A DNA stretch of 64,000 nt from an uncultured Mediterraneibacter sp. (GCA_944377745.1 CALWFV010000005.1:9876-73875); one strand, 5' to 3'. Counted from the first letter of the stretch, positions 25,717-35,832 are shown. The notes: generated by a model from the sequence alone, not told the origin. Translations and numbers: made by a program.

Positions 25717-26649
25717 TTATTCATCCTCTCTGTAAAATAGTGCGTTAACAAATTCATCTGAATCAAACTTCTGCAGGTCGTCAATGGACTCTCCCACGCC
25801 GATATATTTCACCGGGATCCCCAGTTCCGCCTGAATCGCAACCGCGATACCGCCTTTCGCCGTCCCATCCATCTTCGTAAGGATCACTCCTGTGATGTCT
25901 GCCACTTCGTTGAATTCTCTCGCCTGGGCGAGCGCATTCTGTCCCGTGGTGGCGTCCAACACTACCAGTGTCTCCCGAAACGCCTCCGGGTACTCCCGAT
26001 CGATCACGCGGTTGATCTTCTTTAACTCTTCCATCAGGTTTTTCTTATTGTGCAGTCTTCCCGCCGTATCGCACAGGAGCACATCCGCTTTCCTGGCTTT
26101 TGCGGCAGCCACCGCGTCATATACGACAGAGGCAGGATCTGCTCCCTCCTGGCCGCCGATCATATCGACGCCGGCACGGTTCGCCCACTCCCTCAACTGC
26201 TCTCCAGCGGCCGCCCGGAAGGTATCTGCCGCCGCCAGGATCACTCTCTTGTTCTGAGCCCGCAGTTTCCCGGCAAGCTTCCCTATCGTCGTTGTCTTCC
26301 CCACCCCGTTTACTCCGATCACGAACACTACGGAAGTCCGGTTCTCAAACTCATAGGCGGTCTCACCTACATCCATCTGCTCCCTGATGCTGTCAATCAG
26401 GAGCTGACGGCACGCATAAGGTTCTTTGATATGCTGTTCGCGCACTTTTTCCTTCAGATCCTCCAGGATATTCTCAGTTGCACGGACTCCCAGATCACCC
26501 ATGATCAGAATCTCTTCCAGTTCCTCGTAGAAGTCATCGTCTATCTTTGAAAATCCGTGAAAAATACTGTCCATTCCGGACACGATATTGTCTCTGGTCT
26601 TCGTCAGGCCCGAGACAAGCCGCTTAAAAAAGCCCTGCTTTTCTGCCAT
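25717..26649 (-). CDS. ftsY: Signal recognition particle receptor FtsY
   Basis: GVNGVGKTTTIGKLA, DTAGR and TKMDGTAKGG. Confidence 0.95.
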   Translation of the reverse strand: MAEKQGFFKRLVSGLTKTRDNIVSGMDSIFHGFSKIDDDFYEELEEILIMGDLGVRATENILEDLKEKVREQHIKEPYACRQLLIDSIREQMDVGETAYEFENRTSVVFVIGVNGVGKTTTIGKLAGKLRAQNKRVILAAADTFRAAAGEQLREWANRAGVDMIGGQEGADPASVVYDAVAAAKARKADVLLCDTAGRLHNKKNLMEELKKINRVIDREYPEAFRETLVVLDATTGQNALAQAREFNEVADITGVILTKMDGTAKGGIAVAIQAELGIPVKYIGVGESIDDLQKFDSDEFVNALFYREDE

Positions 26650-26697
26650 GCTCTCTTCCTCCTGTAAACGATTCTTTTCTCATTTGTCATCATCTCA

Positions 26698-29600
26698 TCA
26701 TTTGTCCAGCTCATCTTCAAGAAGATCCACTGAGACAAGAGTGGAAACTCCTTTTTCCTGCATCGTGATACCGTACAGCCTGTCAGCCGCCGCCATGGTG
26801 CCCCGGCGGTGAGTGATGACGATAAACTGGGTATTCTCCGTCAGCTTGTGCAGATACTGCGCAAACCGGGTCACGTTGTTGTCATCCAGCGCCGCCTCAA
26901 TCTCATCGAGGAGACAGAAGGGCGACGGTTTCAAATTCTGGATCGCAAACAGCAGAGAAATAGCTGTGAGCGCCTTCTCCCCTCCTGAGAGCTGCATCAT
27001 ATTCTGCAGCTTCTTTCCGGGCGGCTGGGCGATGATCCGGATCCCGGCCTCAAGGATATCCTCGTCCTCCATCAGTTCCAGGGTGCCTTTTCCGCCGCCG
27101 AAGAGCTGGCGGAACACATCATTGAATTCCTTTGCGATCCTTGCGAACTGCTCGGAAAACTGTCTGCGCATGGCCTCATCCAGCTCAGCGATGATCTGGA
27201 CAAGGGAGGCTTCCGCCTCCACCAGGTCGTCGTGCTGCCCTTTGAGGAACGTATATCTCTCAGACACATTTTTGAAATCCTCTATGGCGTTCACATTCAC
27301 TGTCCCAAGCCTGCGTATGTCGGTTTTCAGTGTCTGGATCTGTCTCTTCATAAACGCCAGGTCTGTCAGGTTCGGATCCCGCAGTTCCATGGCGCGGTTA
27401 TAAGTGAGCTCGTATTCTTCCCACATATAATTCATCTGTTTCTCTGAGGCATCTTCGTAGGACTCTCTCTGGCTGTTCAGACGGAAACACTCCTTGTCCA
27501 GAGCCGAGATATGCTTTGAAAGTTCTTCCCTCATCCGCAGAAAATCCTTGTGCTTCTGGTTCAGTTCTTCCTTCTTCTTTGTCTGCTCCTGAATCTCTTC
27601 ATTGATCTCGCCGAAAAGTTCCTTCGAATCCTCTATCGTTTTCCTGAGTTCCGTGATCTTCTCTTCTTTTTCCCGGATCTCCTCCGACGCATTTCCACGG
27701 TTTACATCCAGCTCTCTTAATTCCTCTTCAAACTTCTCTGTCTCCTCGTCAATACGGGAGATATTTTCCAGAATGAACGTATTCTGCTGTTCCAGTGCGG
27801 CAAGGGCCAGATGAACCTCCTCAGAATTTCTGAGCTGCGCGCTTTCCTGTTCCCTCTCTTTCTCCAGCTGACTCTGGAGCGCCTCGATCTTCTCATTGAG
27901 CTCCTGCTCCAGATTTTCCGAAGTTTCCAGCTCCATCTGGATGGAATCCTCATTTTCCGCGATCTCGTCAAGCTGTTTTGCAAGGGACTCCTGCTCTGTC
28001 CGGTAGGCGTCACATCTCTGTGTCGCCTCCATCTGTCTTACCTGGGTCTGCTCCACGTTCATCTTCGCGGTATTTTCCAGGACGGATGCCTTTCTGAGAT
28101 CCTGCTGGATCGCGTCGATCTCATTGTAGCATGCGGCGCGCCGGCTTTTCACCTGATTGACTGACTGCTCCATCTCGTCCATGTCTTTCTTTAACATGGC
28201 TACCGTCTTCTCAAACTCCTCAATCTCGCGCCTCCTGCTCAGAAGGTTGCTGGAGTTCTTAAAGGCCCCTCCTGTCATGGAGCCGCCCGGATTGATCAGC
28301 TCCCCTTCCAGTGTGACCAGACGGAGAGACTGCCTGTATTTCCTAGCAATGGCGATCCCATGATCGATGTGATCCACCACAATGGTCCGTCCAAGCAGTT
28401 GTTCAGAAAGCCCTTCAAAACGTTTCTCTACATGGACCAGCTTATCTGCCGTTCCGACCACGCCTGGCTCTTTCAATGCCTCCGGATTTCGTATCCCTCC
28501 GCTCCCGTGCATGCTGGTGAGGGGAAGGAATGTCGCCCGTCCGAATTTGTTCTTTTTCAGGAAAGCGATCATCCGTTTCGCCGTCTCTTCATTGTCTGTG
28601 ACGATGTTCTGGATGCTCCCGCCCAGTGCGGTCTCGATGGCGATCTCATACTCTTTGTCCACCTTGATGATATCGGCTACCACGCCGATCAGACCTTTCT
28701 CGCGGTCCCGGTTTGCCATAACTTTTCGGATACTGTTCCCGTACCCGTCGTATCTCTCGGTAATATTTTTCAGAGATTCCAGTCTGGAGGACTCTCTGTG
28801 GTATGCGGTCTGGCCTATCCTTAACTTTTCCTGCTTCTCTGAGAGTTCTTTCTGGAGACCACTGATCTCCTGTTCATTAGCTGCGACTTTCGCGTTATAT
28901 CCCCGAATCTCTTTCCTTACTTTCCTTAGCTCCTCTTCATACTCTGCAAGTGCGGTGCTGTGCTTTTCCGCCTCGGCGGAAACTTCCAGGATATTCCTTG
29001 CAAGAACAGCCTTTCTGGAAGCGATCTGGTCTTTTGTCGTGTCATAATGCTGGATCTTCGCCTTTGTGGAAGCCCGGTTTCCGAGCAGATCCATAATCTC
29101 CTGCTTGCCTTCCTCGATCCTCGCACTGTGCTCTGCGATCTGGCTCTGCGTCTCGATCAGGAGACGTTTCGCCTCCTCGTCCCTGACTGACGCCTGGGAG
29201 AGCTTTTCTTTTATTTCCCTGCGCTCTTTTTCAAGAGCTTCTCTCTGCTCCTGCCGTGTGTCGATCTCCACACGGATCGCGCTCAGACGGTTATCGTAAT
29301 GCTCGTCATTCATCCGCGCCGTGTTGATCTGCTCCTTGAGAACATTGATCTGTCCCTCCAGCTGCTGTTTCAGCAGATTGGTCTCATTGAGCTGGTTCCG
29401 CGCCGTCTCAATGGCGTGGTCGATCCCTTCGACTTCTTCCTCGATGGCCTCGTACTCTGCCTTCATCTTTTCGTGGCGCTGGTTTGACTCTTCCATCTCC
29501 GCCGCCGCATTATCGTATTTTTCACCGACTTCCCTGATCCGTTCACGGAGCCGTTCTTCCTCCAGAAGGAACATATTGATGTCAAAGGTCTTCAGTTCCT

Positions 29601-30258
29601 CCTTCTTCTTCAGGTACTCCCTTGCCGTCTCAGACTGTTTCTCCAGAGGCCCGAGCTGCTTTTCCAGTTCCTTTAATATATCGTTGACGCGGGTCAGGTT
29701 CATCCGCTCTTCTTCCAGCTTCTTCACAGACAGGTTCTTGCGTCTCTTGAACTTGACGATGCCCGCCGCCTCATCGAAGAGTTCTCTTCTCTCCTCCGGC
29801 TTTCCGCTCAGGATCTTGTCGATCTGTCCCTGTCCGATAATGGAGTATCCCTCTTTTCCGATCCCCGTATCATAGAACATCTCATTGATATCCTTCAGCC
29901 TGCACGCAGCGCCGTTGATGAGATACTCGCTCTCCCCGGACCGGTACAGCTTTCTTGTCACGGTAACCTCCTCATACTCGACAGGGAGCTTGTGATCCGA
30001 ATTGTCCAGCGTAATGGCAACAGACGCGTAGCTCAGAGGGCGCCGGTTCTCCGTGCCGGAAAAAATGACGTCCTGCATGGTGCCGCCCCGGAGCTGCTTG
30101 ACCCGCTGCTCTCCCAGCACCCAGCGTACCGCGTCCGCAACGTTGCTTTTCCCGCTCCCGTTAGGTCCAACGATCCCTGTGATGCCGTTGTGAAAATCAA
30201 ATTTTATCTTGTTTGCAAAGGATTTGAACCCCTGCACTTCAATGCTCTTTAAATACAT
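26698..30258 (-). CDS. smc: Chromosome segregation protein SMC
   Basis: 1186 aa, with N-terminal GPNGSGKSN, long coiled coils, a hinge and the C-terminal LSGGEKALTAISLLFAI...LDEIEAALD. Confidence 0.97.
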   Translation of the reverse strand: MYLKSIEVQGFKSFANKIKFDFHNGITGIVGPNGSGKSNVADAVRWVLGEQRVKQLRGGTMQDVIFSGTENRRPLSYASVAITLDNSDHKLPVEYEEVTVTRKLYRSGESEYLINGAACRLKDINEMFYDTGIGKEGYSIIGQGQIDKILSGKPEERRELFDEAAGIVKFKRRKNLSVKKLEEERMNLTRVNDILKELEKQLGPLEKQSETAREYLKKKEELKTFDINMFLLEEERLRERIREVGEKYDNAAAEMEESNQRHEKMKAEYEAIEEEVEGIDHAIETARNQLNETNLLKQQLEGQINVLKEQINTARMNDEHYDNRLSAIRVEIDTRQEQREALEKERREIKEKLSQASVRDEEAKRLLIETQSQIAEHSARIEEGKQEIMDLLGNRASTKAKIQHYDTTKDQIASRKAVLARNILEVSAEAEKHSTALAEYEEELRKVRKEIRGYNAKVAANEQEISGLQKELSEKQEKLRIGQTAYHRESSRLESLKNITERYDGYGNSIRKVMANRDREKGLIGVVADIIKVDKEYEIAIETALGGSIQNIVTDNEETAKRMIAFLKKNKFGRATFLPLTSMHGSGGIRNPEALKEPGVVGTADKLVHVEKRFEGLSEQLLGRTIVVDHIDHGIAIARKYRQSLRLVTLEGELINPGGSMTGGAFKNSSNLLSRRREIEEFEKTVAMLKKDMDEMEQSVNQVKSRRAACYNEIDAIQQDLRKASVLENTAKMNVEQTQVRQMEATQRCDAYRTEQESLAKQLDEIAENEDSIQMELETSENLEQELNEKIEALQSQLEKEREQESAQLRNSEEVHLALAALEQQNTFILENISRIDEETEKFEEELRELDVNRGNASEEIREKEEKITELRKTIEDSKELFGEINEEIQEQTKKKEELNQKHKDFLRMREELSKHISALDKECFRLNSQRESYEDASEKQMNYMWEEYELTYNRAMELRDPNLTDLAFMKRQIQTLKTDIRRLGTVNVNAIEDFKNVSERYTFLKGQHDDLVEAEASLVQIIAELDEAMRRQFSEQFARIAKEFNDVFRQLFGGGKGTLELMEDEDILEAGIRIIAQPPGKKLQNMMQLSGGEKALTAISLLFAIQNLKPSPFCLLDEIEAALDDNNVTRFAQYLHKLTENTQFIVITHRRGTMAAADRLYGITMQEKGVSTLVSVDLLEDELDK

Positions 30259-30269
30259 ATGACACCCGC

Positions 30270-30959
30270 TTATTTCTGTGCGCGCAGCTTCAGGATCGCT
30301 TCATAGGCAGCCTGCTGCTCCGCCGCTTTTTTTGTCCGTCCCTGACCGGCTCCGCAGACCTCTCCACCGATCAGCACTTCCACGGAAAAAGATTTGTTAT
30401 GGTCAGGTCCTTTCTCCCCTACAAGGCGGTATGAGATCTCCTTGTTCCTGTCCGCCTGTACCATTTCCTGTAAGATAGTTTTACTATCATAAAAGAGTTT
30501 TTTATCCTCCAGATCCGTCAGCACAAAGCGATGGATAAACTCTTTTGCACTAGTAAAACCACCGTCCAGGTAGATCGCGCCGATCAGCGCTTCCATAGCG
30601 TCCGATGTGATGGAATCCCTCTTTCTTCCTCCGGTCGCCTCCTCGCCTTTTCCCAGGAGCAGATAATCCCCCAGCCCGATATCCCTGGCACACATTGCCA
30701 GAGACGGCTCACAGACCATGCTCGCCCGTGTCTTTGTCAGCTCACCCTCAGAGACTTTGGGTGATTCCCGGAAGAGGAACTCACTGGAGACAAGTTCCAG
30801 GACCGCATCCCCCAGAAATTCAAGACGCTCATTACATCTGTATTTTTCCAGATGTCTCTCATTTGTATAGGAACTGTGCATCATCGCCGTCTTTAGAAGA
30901 GAAAAGTCATGAAAGTCATATCCGATCTTTTTCTCAAATTCTCTTAATTTTTTTTCCAT
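30270..30959 (-). CDS. rnc: Ribonuclease III
   Basis: The NERLEFLGDAVLE signature and a C-terminal dsRBD (KKAAEQQAAYEA). Confidence 0.95.
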   Translation of the reverse strand: MEKKLREFEKKIGYDFHDFSLLKTAMMHSSYTNERHLEKYRCNERLEFLGDAVLELVSSEFLFRESPKVSEGELTKTRASMVCEPSLAMCARDIGLGDYLLLGKGEEATGGRKRDSITSDAMEALIGAIYLDGGFTSAKEFIHRFVLTDLEDKKLFYDSKTILQEMVQADRNKEISYRLVGEKGPDHNKSFSVEVLIGGEVCGAGQGRTKKAAEQQAAYEAILKLRAQK

Positions 30960-31030
30960 AATCTGTATTCTTCCTTCAGCATTCCTTCAATAATAATCTT
31001 AATAGTCCTGTCAGAACAGGGGTTCCTCTG

Positions 31031-31067
31031 TAAAAGGAAAAAGCCCGGAAGGGCTTTTTCCTTTTTC
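31031..31067. terminator. Bidirectional rho-independent terminator downstream of acpP
   Basis: AAAA-GGAAAAAGCCC-GGAA-GGGCTTTTTCC-TTTTT, 11 nt after the acpP stop. Confidence 0.7.
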
Positions 31068-31077
31068 TTATCACTTA

Positions 31078-31308
31078 TTAATCTACAGCCTTCTTGATCT
31101 GGTCCACCGCATCCTGTACAGTCACGATTTTCTCCGCCTCGTCGTTGTCGATCTCGATATCGAACTCTTCCTCGATCCCCATGATGATCTGGAAAATATC
31201 CAGGGAATCCGCTCCCAGATCGTCCACAAACGTGGTCTCCGGTTTGATCTCGTCTTTCTGAACATTCAATACATCCGCGATGATATCCTGCAATTTTTCA
31301 AATTCCAT
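31078..31308 (-). CDS. acpP: Acyl carrier protein
   Basis: 76 aa, with the LGADSLD phosphopantetheine attachment motif. Confidence 0.95.
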   Translation of the reverse strand: MEFEKLQDIIADVLNVQKDEIKPETTFVDDLGADSLDIFQIIMGIEEEFDIEIDNDEAEKIVTVQDAVDQIKKAVD

Positions 31309-31320
31309 ACTTAAAACCTC

Positions 31321-32352
31321 CTACACATTCTTCTCTTTTTCTTCCTGTGACGTCTGGATTGCCTCTCGTATCTTCTCATTGATCCTCTGCTCTTTAAATG
31401 TGACGCACTGGATGATTGAATTGCACACTTCTCTGGATTTTGAGCTTCCGTGTGTCTTGACTACCAGACCGTTCAGTCCAAGGAGTGGTGCCCCGCCATA
31501 CTCGCCGGCGTCGAAGTCTTTCATCGTCGCCTTGAGAGCCGGCTTGACGAGAAGTCCTCCGATCTTACTGCGAAGGCTTGTCATCATTCCGCTCTTAATC
31601 TTCTTTATAAGAGCGCCTCCCACTCCCTCATAGAGTTTCAGGATCACATTTCCTACAAACGCCTCGCAGACAATGACATCCGCAGCGCCATATGGAATTT
31701 CTCTTGCCTCCACGCTGCCGATGAAATTAATATCCCTACAGGCTTTGAGAAGCGGGAATGTCTCTTTCACAAGAGCGTTCCCCTTCTCTTCCTCCGCTCC
31801 GATATTCACGATACCGACAGTTGGATTCTTCTTCCCCATAACGCTTTCCATATAAATTGAGCCCATCTTGGCAAACTGCACAAGATGCGACGGTCTGGCA
31901 TCCACATTCGCCCCGCAGTCGATCAGGAGGGAGAATCCCTTCAATGTTGGGAAAAGCGGCGCAAGCGGCGGTCTCTCCACGCCCTTGATCCTGCCGACCA
32001 GCACCTGTCCGCCCACAAGGACGGCACCTGTACTTCCCGCCGAGACAAAGGCATCCGCTTCCCCTTTCTTCACCATCTTCATCGCGACCACGATGGACGA
32101 ATCCTTCTTTCCGCGAATCGCCTTTACCGGTGGTTCCGCAGTCTCTATAACTTCCGCTGCATTTACGATCTCGATCTGATCTTCCGGATAAGTGTACTTA
32201 GCCAGTTCAGTTTTCAGCTTTTCCTCCTGTCCGGTAAGCAGGATCCTGATATCTTTTCTGAGCCGGACAGCCTCGACGGCTCCTTTGACGATCTCACCCG
32301 GAGCGTTGTCTCCTCCCATACCGTCCAGTGCAACCCGCGTAATTTCAGACAT
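31321..32352 (-). CDS. plsX: Phosphate acyltransferase PlsX
   Basis: RVALDGMGGDNAP N-terminus. AGGAGG lies 6 nt before the ATG at 32352. Confidence 0.95.
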   Translation of the reverse strand: MSEITRVALDGMGGDNAPGEIVKGAVEAVRLRKDIRILLTGQEEKLKTELAKYTYPEDQIEIVNAAEVIETAEPPVKAIRGKKDSSIVVAMKMVKKGEADAFVSAGSTGAVLVGGQVLVGRIKGVERPPLAPLFPTLKGFSLLIDCGANVDARPSHLVQFAKMGSIYMESVMGKKNPTVGIVNIGAEEEKGNALVKETFPLLKACRDINFIGSVEAREIPYGAADVIVCEAFVGNVILKLYEGVGGALIKKIKSGMMTSLRSKIGGLLVKPALKATMKDFDAGEYGGAPLLGLNGLVVKTHGSSKSREVCNSIIQCVTFKEQRINEKIREAIQTSQEEKEKNV

Positions 32353-32444
32353 AACAATTCCTCCTAACACTACTGAAATTATTCTACTGGAAAACAGTGT
32401 AAAAATCAATATAAAATCTGGATTGTTTCCGCTTTATACCGGAG

Positions 32445-32582
32445 ACGTCCGGCGGGAGGGTGAGGCTGCGGCAGCCCCGCTCTCGCTCGGAACAAAACGC
32501 AGCGGTACTAAGGCCGCAAAGGACGCGGCCTAAGTGCCGGCGTTTTGCTACGGGCTTTCGCAGCCTCACCCTCCCGCCTGGT
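32445..32582 (+). repeat. Palindromic intergenic repeat, copy C (full length)
   Basis: Outer arms GGCGGGAGGGTGAGGCTGCG (32451-32470) / CGCAGCCTCACCCTCCCGCC (32559-32578) are 20/20 complementary. The core is AACAAAACGCAGCGGTAC..AAGTGCCGGCGTTTTG. Apical stem is AGGCCGC 32511-32517 / GCGGCCT 32525-32531. Confidence 0.8.
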
Positions 32583-32652
32583 CTCTTCGTCAAAGGGGAA
32601 ACAGGTCCAGAAGGGAAGCAGGGGCTGCAGAGATAGATAAGCAGAAGGGAAC

Positions 32653-32703
32653 AGAAAAAGAGGATATCCTTTTGCCGTTTTCCGGCTTTTTCGGATATCC
32701 TCT
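32653..32703 (-). terminator. Rho-independent terminator of yceD-rpmF
   Basis: An 11-bp stem AGAGGATATCC/GGATATCCTCT (32659-32669 / 32693-32703), followed on the minus strand by TTTTTCTGTT. It lies 30 nt after the rpmF stop. Confidence 0.7.
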
Positions 32704-32732
32704 TTCTGGAAATTCATTTTTCACATTTCTAA

Positions 32733-32912
32733 TCAGTCAACGGAGATGATCTCACGCTTGTTGTATGCTCCGCAAGCTTTGCATACACGGTGAGGCATCA
32801 TGAGTTCGCCGCACTTGCTGCATTTCACCAGGTTCGGTGCGCTCATCTTCCAGTTGGCTCTTCTCTTGTCTCTTCTTGCTTTAGAAGATTTATTCTTTGG
32901 ACAGATTGACAT
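32733..32912 (-). CDS. rpmF: 50S ribosomal protein L32
   Basis: Not in the ORF track because it is only 59 aa. My translation is MSICPKNKSSKARRDKRRANWKMSAPNLVKCSKCGELMMPHRVCKACGAYNKREIISVD. AGGAGG RBS. It follows yceD, the usual arrangement. Confidence 0.9.
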   Translation of the reverse strand: MSICPKNKSSKARRDKRRANWKMSAPNLVKCSKCGELMMPHRVCKACGAYNKREIISVD

Positions 32913-32915
32913 AGG

Positions 32916-33443
32916 TTACACCTCCTTAAAATTCTTAAATAAGTCACGGACAACTGACATCCTCGGATCAAGTCCCGGATCTTCACAATCGCAGGACCCC
33001 GTATTCAGGTTCTGACCGCATATCCTGCACAGACCTTCACAGTCTTCCCTGCAGAGTACCTTCCTCGGCCAGCCTGACAAAATCTCATTATAGAGTAATT
33101 TGTCCACGTCAAGATGATATCCGTCAATAAAGTTTGATTCATCCAGTTCCTCTGTCAGTTCTGCGTCGGAGAGGCCTACGTCCACATGCTTTGTACAGTT
33201 CAGTACAAATTCCTGTCTGACATCGTCCAGGCACCTGTCACATGGAATAATGACAGTCAGTCTGGTCTCAGCCTTAATGAGCAGTTCTTTTCCCCTTATA
33301 TGCTCCACACTCACATGAACCGGCTCTTTGCTGACAATAGGGTAGGTCCCGGATTTCAACCGGATCTCCTCCATCTCCAGCCGCGCAGTCTCATAGACCG
33401 TCTTGTGCTGGTCTGACAAAACGTCTGATAGGTTGATCAACAT
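32916..33443 (-). CDS. yceD: DUF177 / YceD family protein
   Basis: 175 aa with the C-terminal Cys cluster C..C...C.C, in the conserved position upstream of rpmF. Confidence 0.85.
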   Translation of the reverse strand: MLINLSDVLSDQHKTVYETARLEMEEIRLKSGTYPIVSKEPVHVSVEHIRGKELLIKAETRLTVIIPCDRCLDDVRQEFVLNCTKHVDVGLSDAELTEELDESNFIDGYHLDVDKLLYNEILSGWPRKVLCREDCEGLCRICGQNLNTGSCDCEDPGLDPRMSVVRDLFKNFKEV

Positions 33444-33472
33444 AATTGTCTTCTCCTATTCATACCTTGACT

Positions 33473-33500
33473 ATTATATCATGTTAAAAGCATTTGTCAA
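33473..33500 (-). promoter_or_regulatory. Strong sigma-A promoter for yceD-rpmF
   Basis: On the minus strand, TTGACA-16 nt-TATAAT with an extended TG (TGATATAAT). Confidence 0.6.
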
Positions 33501-33563
33501 CAACAAATTTCCGCGCTCTTTTCAAAGCAGTGGCCCCGGAGATCCGGGGCCTTTTCCTGTCTC

Positions 33564-34763
33564 TTATTTTTTTATGAGAGCCAGCGTCTCACGGGCAATC
33601 GCAAGCTCTTCGTTTGTCGGAATGACAAAGACTCTTACTTTTGATCCCGGTTTTGTGAGCTCTTTCTGAGTTCCTCTCAGTCCGGTGTTCACCTCTTTGT
33701 CGAAATTCACGCCGAGGTAATCCAGATAACTGCACACCTGCTCTCTCACATAATCGTCGTTCTCACCGATCCCCGCCGTGAACACGATATCGTCCACGCC
33801 GTTCATGGCTGCCGCATAAGCGCCGATGTATTTTGCCACTCTGTAGGAGAAAACATCCATAGCGATCTTCGCTTTCTTATCTCCACTATTCATCGCGTCT
33901 GTCAGATCGCGGAAGTCACTGGAGAGTTCTCCGGAAAGGCCAAACACTCCGGATTTCTTGTTCAGCACGTCCATAACGCCCTCAATATCCAAGTTCTCCT
34001 TCTGCGCGATAAACTCCATGATCGCGGGATCGATATCACCGGAACGGGTTCCCATTACAAGCCCTTCCAACGGAGTCAGTCCCATGGAAGTGTCCACAGA
34101 TTTTCCGTTCATAACTGCCGTCACACTGGAGCCGTTCCCAAGGTGACACACGATCGTCTTGAGCTCCTCATAAGGTCTGCCCATCACCTCCGCGGCTTTT
34201 TTGGAGACATAGCTGTGGCTTGTCCCGTGGAAGCCGTAGCGTCTCACTTTGTATTTCTCGTAATACTCATATGGAAGTCCATACATGTACGCTTTCTCAG
34301 GCATCGTCTGGTGGAACGCTGTATCAAACACGCCGACCATCGGTGTGTTCGGCATTAATTTCTCGCAGGCAGCCACCCCGATCAGATTAGCCGGGTTGTG
34401 GAGAGGAGCAAGTTCATTGCACTCTTCCACCGCTTTCTTCACCTCATCCGTGATCACTACGGAAGATGCAAATTTCTCACCTCCATGTACAATACGGTGC
34501 CCCACCGCTCCGATCTCATCCAGACTCTTTACGACGCCCTTGTCCGGATCCGTCAAAGCCTCAATCACATACTGGATCGCCTCCGTGTGGGTTGGCATGG
34601 GTTTGTCTGACTTCTCCTTCTCCCCGCCTGCCGGCTGATAGGTCAGACGTCCGTCGATCCCGATCCTCTCGCAGATCCCTTTCGCCAGAACATCTTCTGT
34701 CTCTGCATTGATGAGCTGGAATTTCAAAGATGAGCTTCCGCAGTTGATTACTAATACATTCAT
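33564..34763 (-). CDS. ackA: Acetate kinase
   Basis: MNVLVINCGSSSLKFQL N-terminus, VGHRIVHGG and HLGNGSS. Confidence 0.97.
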   Translation of the reverse strand: MNVLVINCGSSSLKFQLINAETEDVLAKGICERIGIDGRLTYQPAGGEKEKSDKPMPTHTEAIQYVIEALTDPDKGVVKSLDEIGAVGHRIVHGGEKFASSVVITDEVKKAVEECNELAPLHNPANLIGVAACEKLMPNTPMVGVFDTAFHQTMPEKAYMYGLPYEYYEKYKVRRYGFHGTSHSYVSKKAAEVMGRPYEELKTIVCHLGNGSSVTAVMNGKSVDTSMGLTPLEGLVMGTRSGDIDPAIMEFIAQKENLDIEGVMDVLNKKSGVFGLSGELSSDFRDLTDAMNSGDKKAKIAMDVFSYRVAKYIGAYAAAMNGVDDIVFTAGIGENDDYVREQVCSYLDYLGVNFDKEVNTGLRGTQKELTKPGSKVRVFVIPTNEELAIARETLALIKK

Positions 34764-34795
34764 TTCCTTTCCTCCTGCAACTTATTCTGATATTT

Positions 34796-35791
34796 CTACT
34801 GGGCCTGAGCCTGTACTGATGTGATCGCCACAACGCCTACGATGTCCTCCGCGCTGCATCCGCGTGAAAGGTCATTGACCGGAGCCGCGATTCCCTGTGT
34901 AAGAGGTCCGTACGCTTCCGCTTTTCCAAGTCTCTGAACCAGTTTATATCCAATATTACCCGCATCCAGATCCGGGAAGATCAGAACGTTTGCATGTCCT
35001 GCCACCGCGCTGCCCGGAGCCTTTGACGCGCCGACTTCCGGAACGATAGCGGCGTCAAGCTGAAGCTCTCCGTCCAGTTTCAGTTCCGGATCAAGCTCGT
35101 GGGCAATCTTCGTTGCCTCCACGACTTTGTCCACATCCGGATGCTTCGCACTGCCCTTTGTAGAGTGGGAAAGCATTGCGACAATCGGCTCTCTTCCGGT
35201 CAGTGTGCGGAAAGATTCTGCGGAAGAGATGGCGATGTTCGCCAGCTTCTCCGGATCCGGATTCTGCTCCAGTCCTGCGTCTCCGAAGATAAACGTTCCG
35301 TCCGCTCCCATATCGCAGTCCGGAACCACCATCAGGAAGAATGCGGAAACCAGTTTTGTGCCCGGTTTTGTCTTCAGTATCTGAAGACACGGCCGAAGCG
35401 TATCCGCTGTGGAGTGGCATGCACCGGAAACCATCCCGTCGGCATCCCCCATCTTCACCATCATGACGCCGTAGTACAGATAGTTTGTCAGGAGGAGTTC
35501 CCTTGCCTGCTCCTCTGTCATGCCTTTTTTCTGTCGGAGTTCAACCAGTTTCGCGATGTAGCTCTCTGTCTTCTCGTTTGTGGCAGGGTCAATGATCTTT
35601 GCTCCGGAGATATCATATGCCCCCTTATTTTTCTCCACATCCTCAACTTTTCCGATCAGGATCAGATTTGCGATCCCCTCTTTCAGAACCTGCTCCGCCG
35701 CTTTGTAGGTTCTCTCATCTTCTGTCTCAGGAAGAACGATCGTTTTGACGTCCGCTTTCGCTCTTGCCTTGATCTCATCAATAAATCCCAT
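34796..35791 (-). CDS. pta: Phosphate acetyltransferase
   Basis: Short-form Pta (~331 aa) with the MVKMGDADGMVSG motif. The ORF-track start at 35806 is a GTG lying inside the SD (AAAGGTGG); I use the ATG at 35791. Confidence 0.93.
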   Translation of the reverse strand: MGFIDEIKARAKADVKTIVLPETEDERTYKAAEQVLKEGIANLILIGKVEDVEKNKGAYDISGAKIIDPATNEKTESYIAKLVELRQKKGMTEEQARELLLTNYLYYGVMMVKMGDADGMVSGACHSTADTLRPCLQILKTKPGTKLVSAFFLMVVPDCDMGADGTFIFGDAGLEQNPDPEKLANIAISSAESFRTLTGREPIVAMLSHSTKGSAKHPDVDKVVEATKIAHELDPELKLDGELQLDAAIVPEVGASKAPGSAVAGHANVLIFPDLDAGNIGYKLVQRLGKAEAYGPLTQGIAAPVNDLSRGCSAEDIVGVVAITSVQAQAQ

Positions 35792-35832
35792 GATTAAAAT
35801 ATCCACCTTTCATTTTTTATCACTACTGCTTT

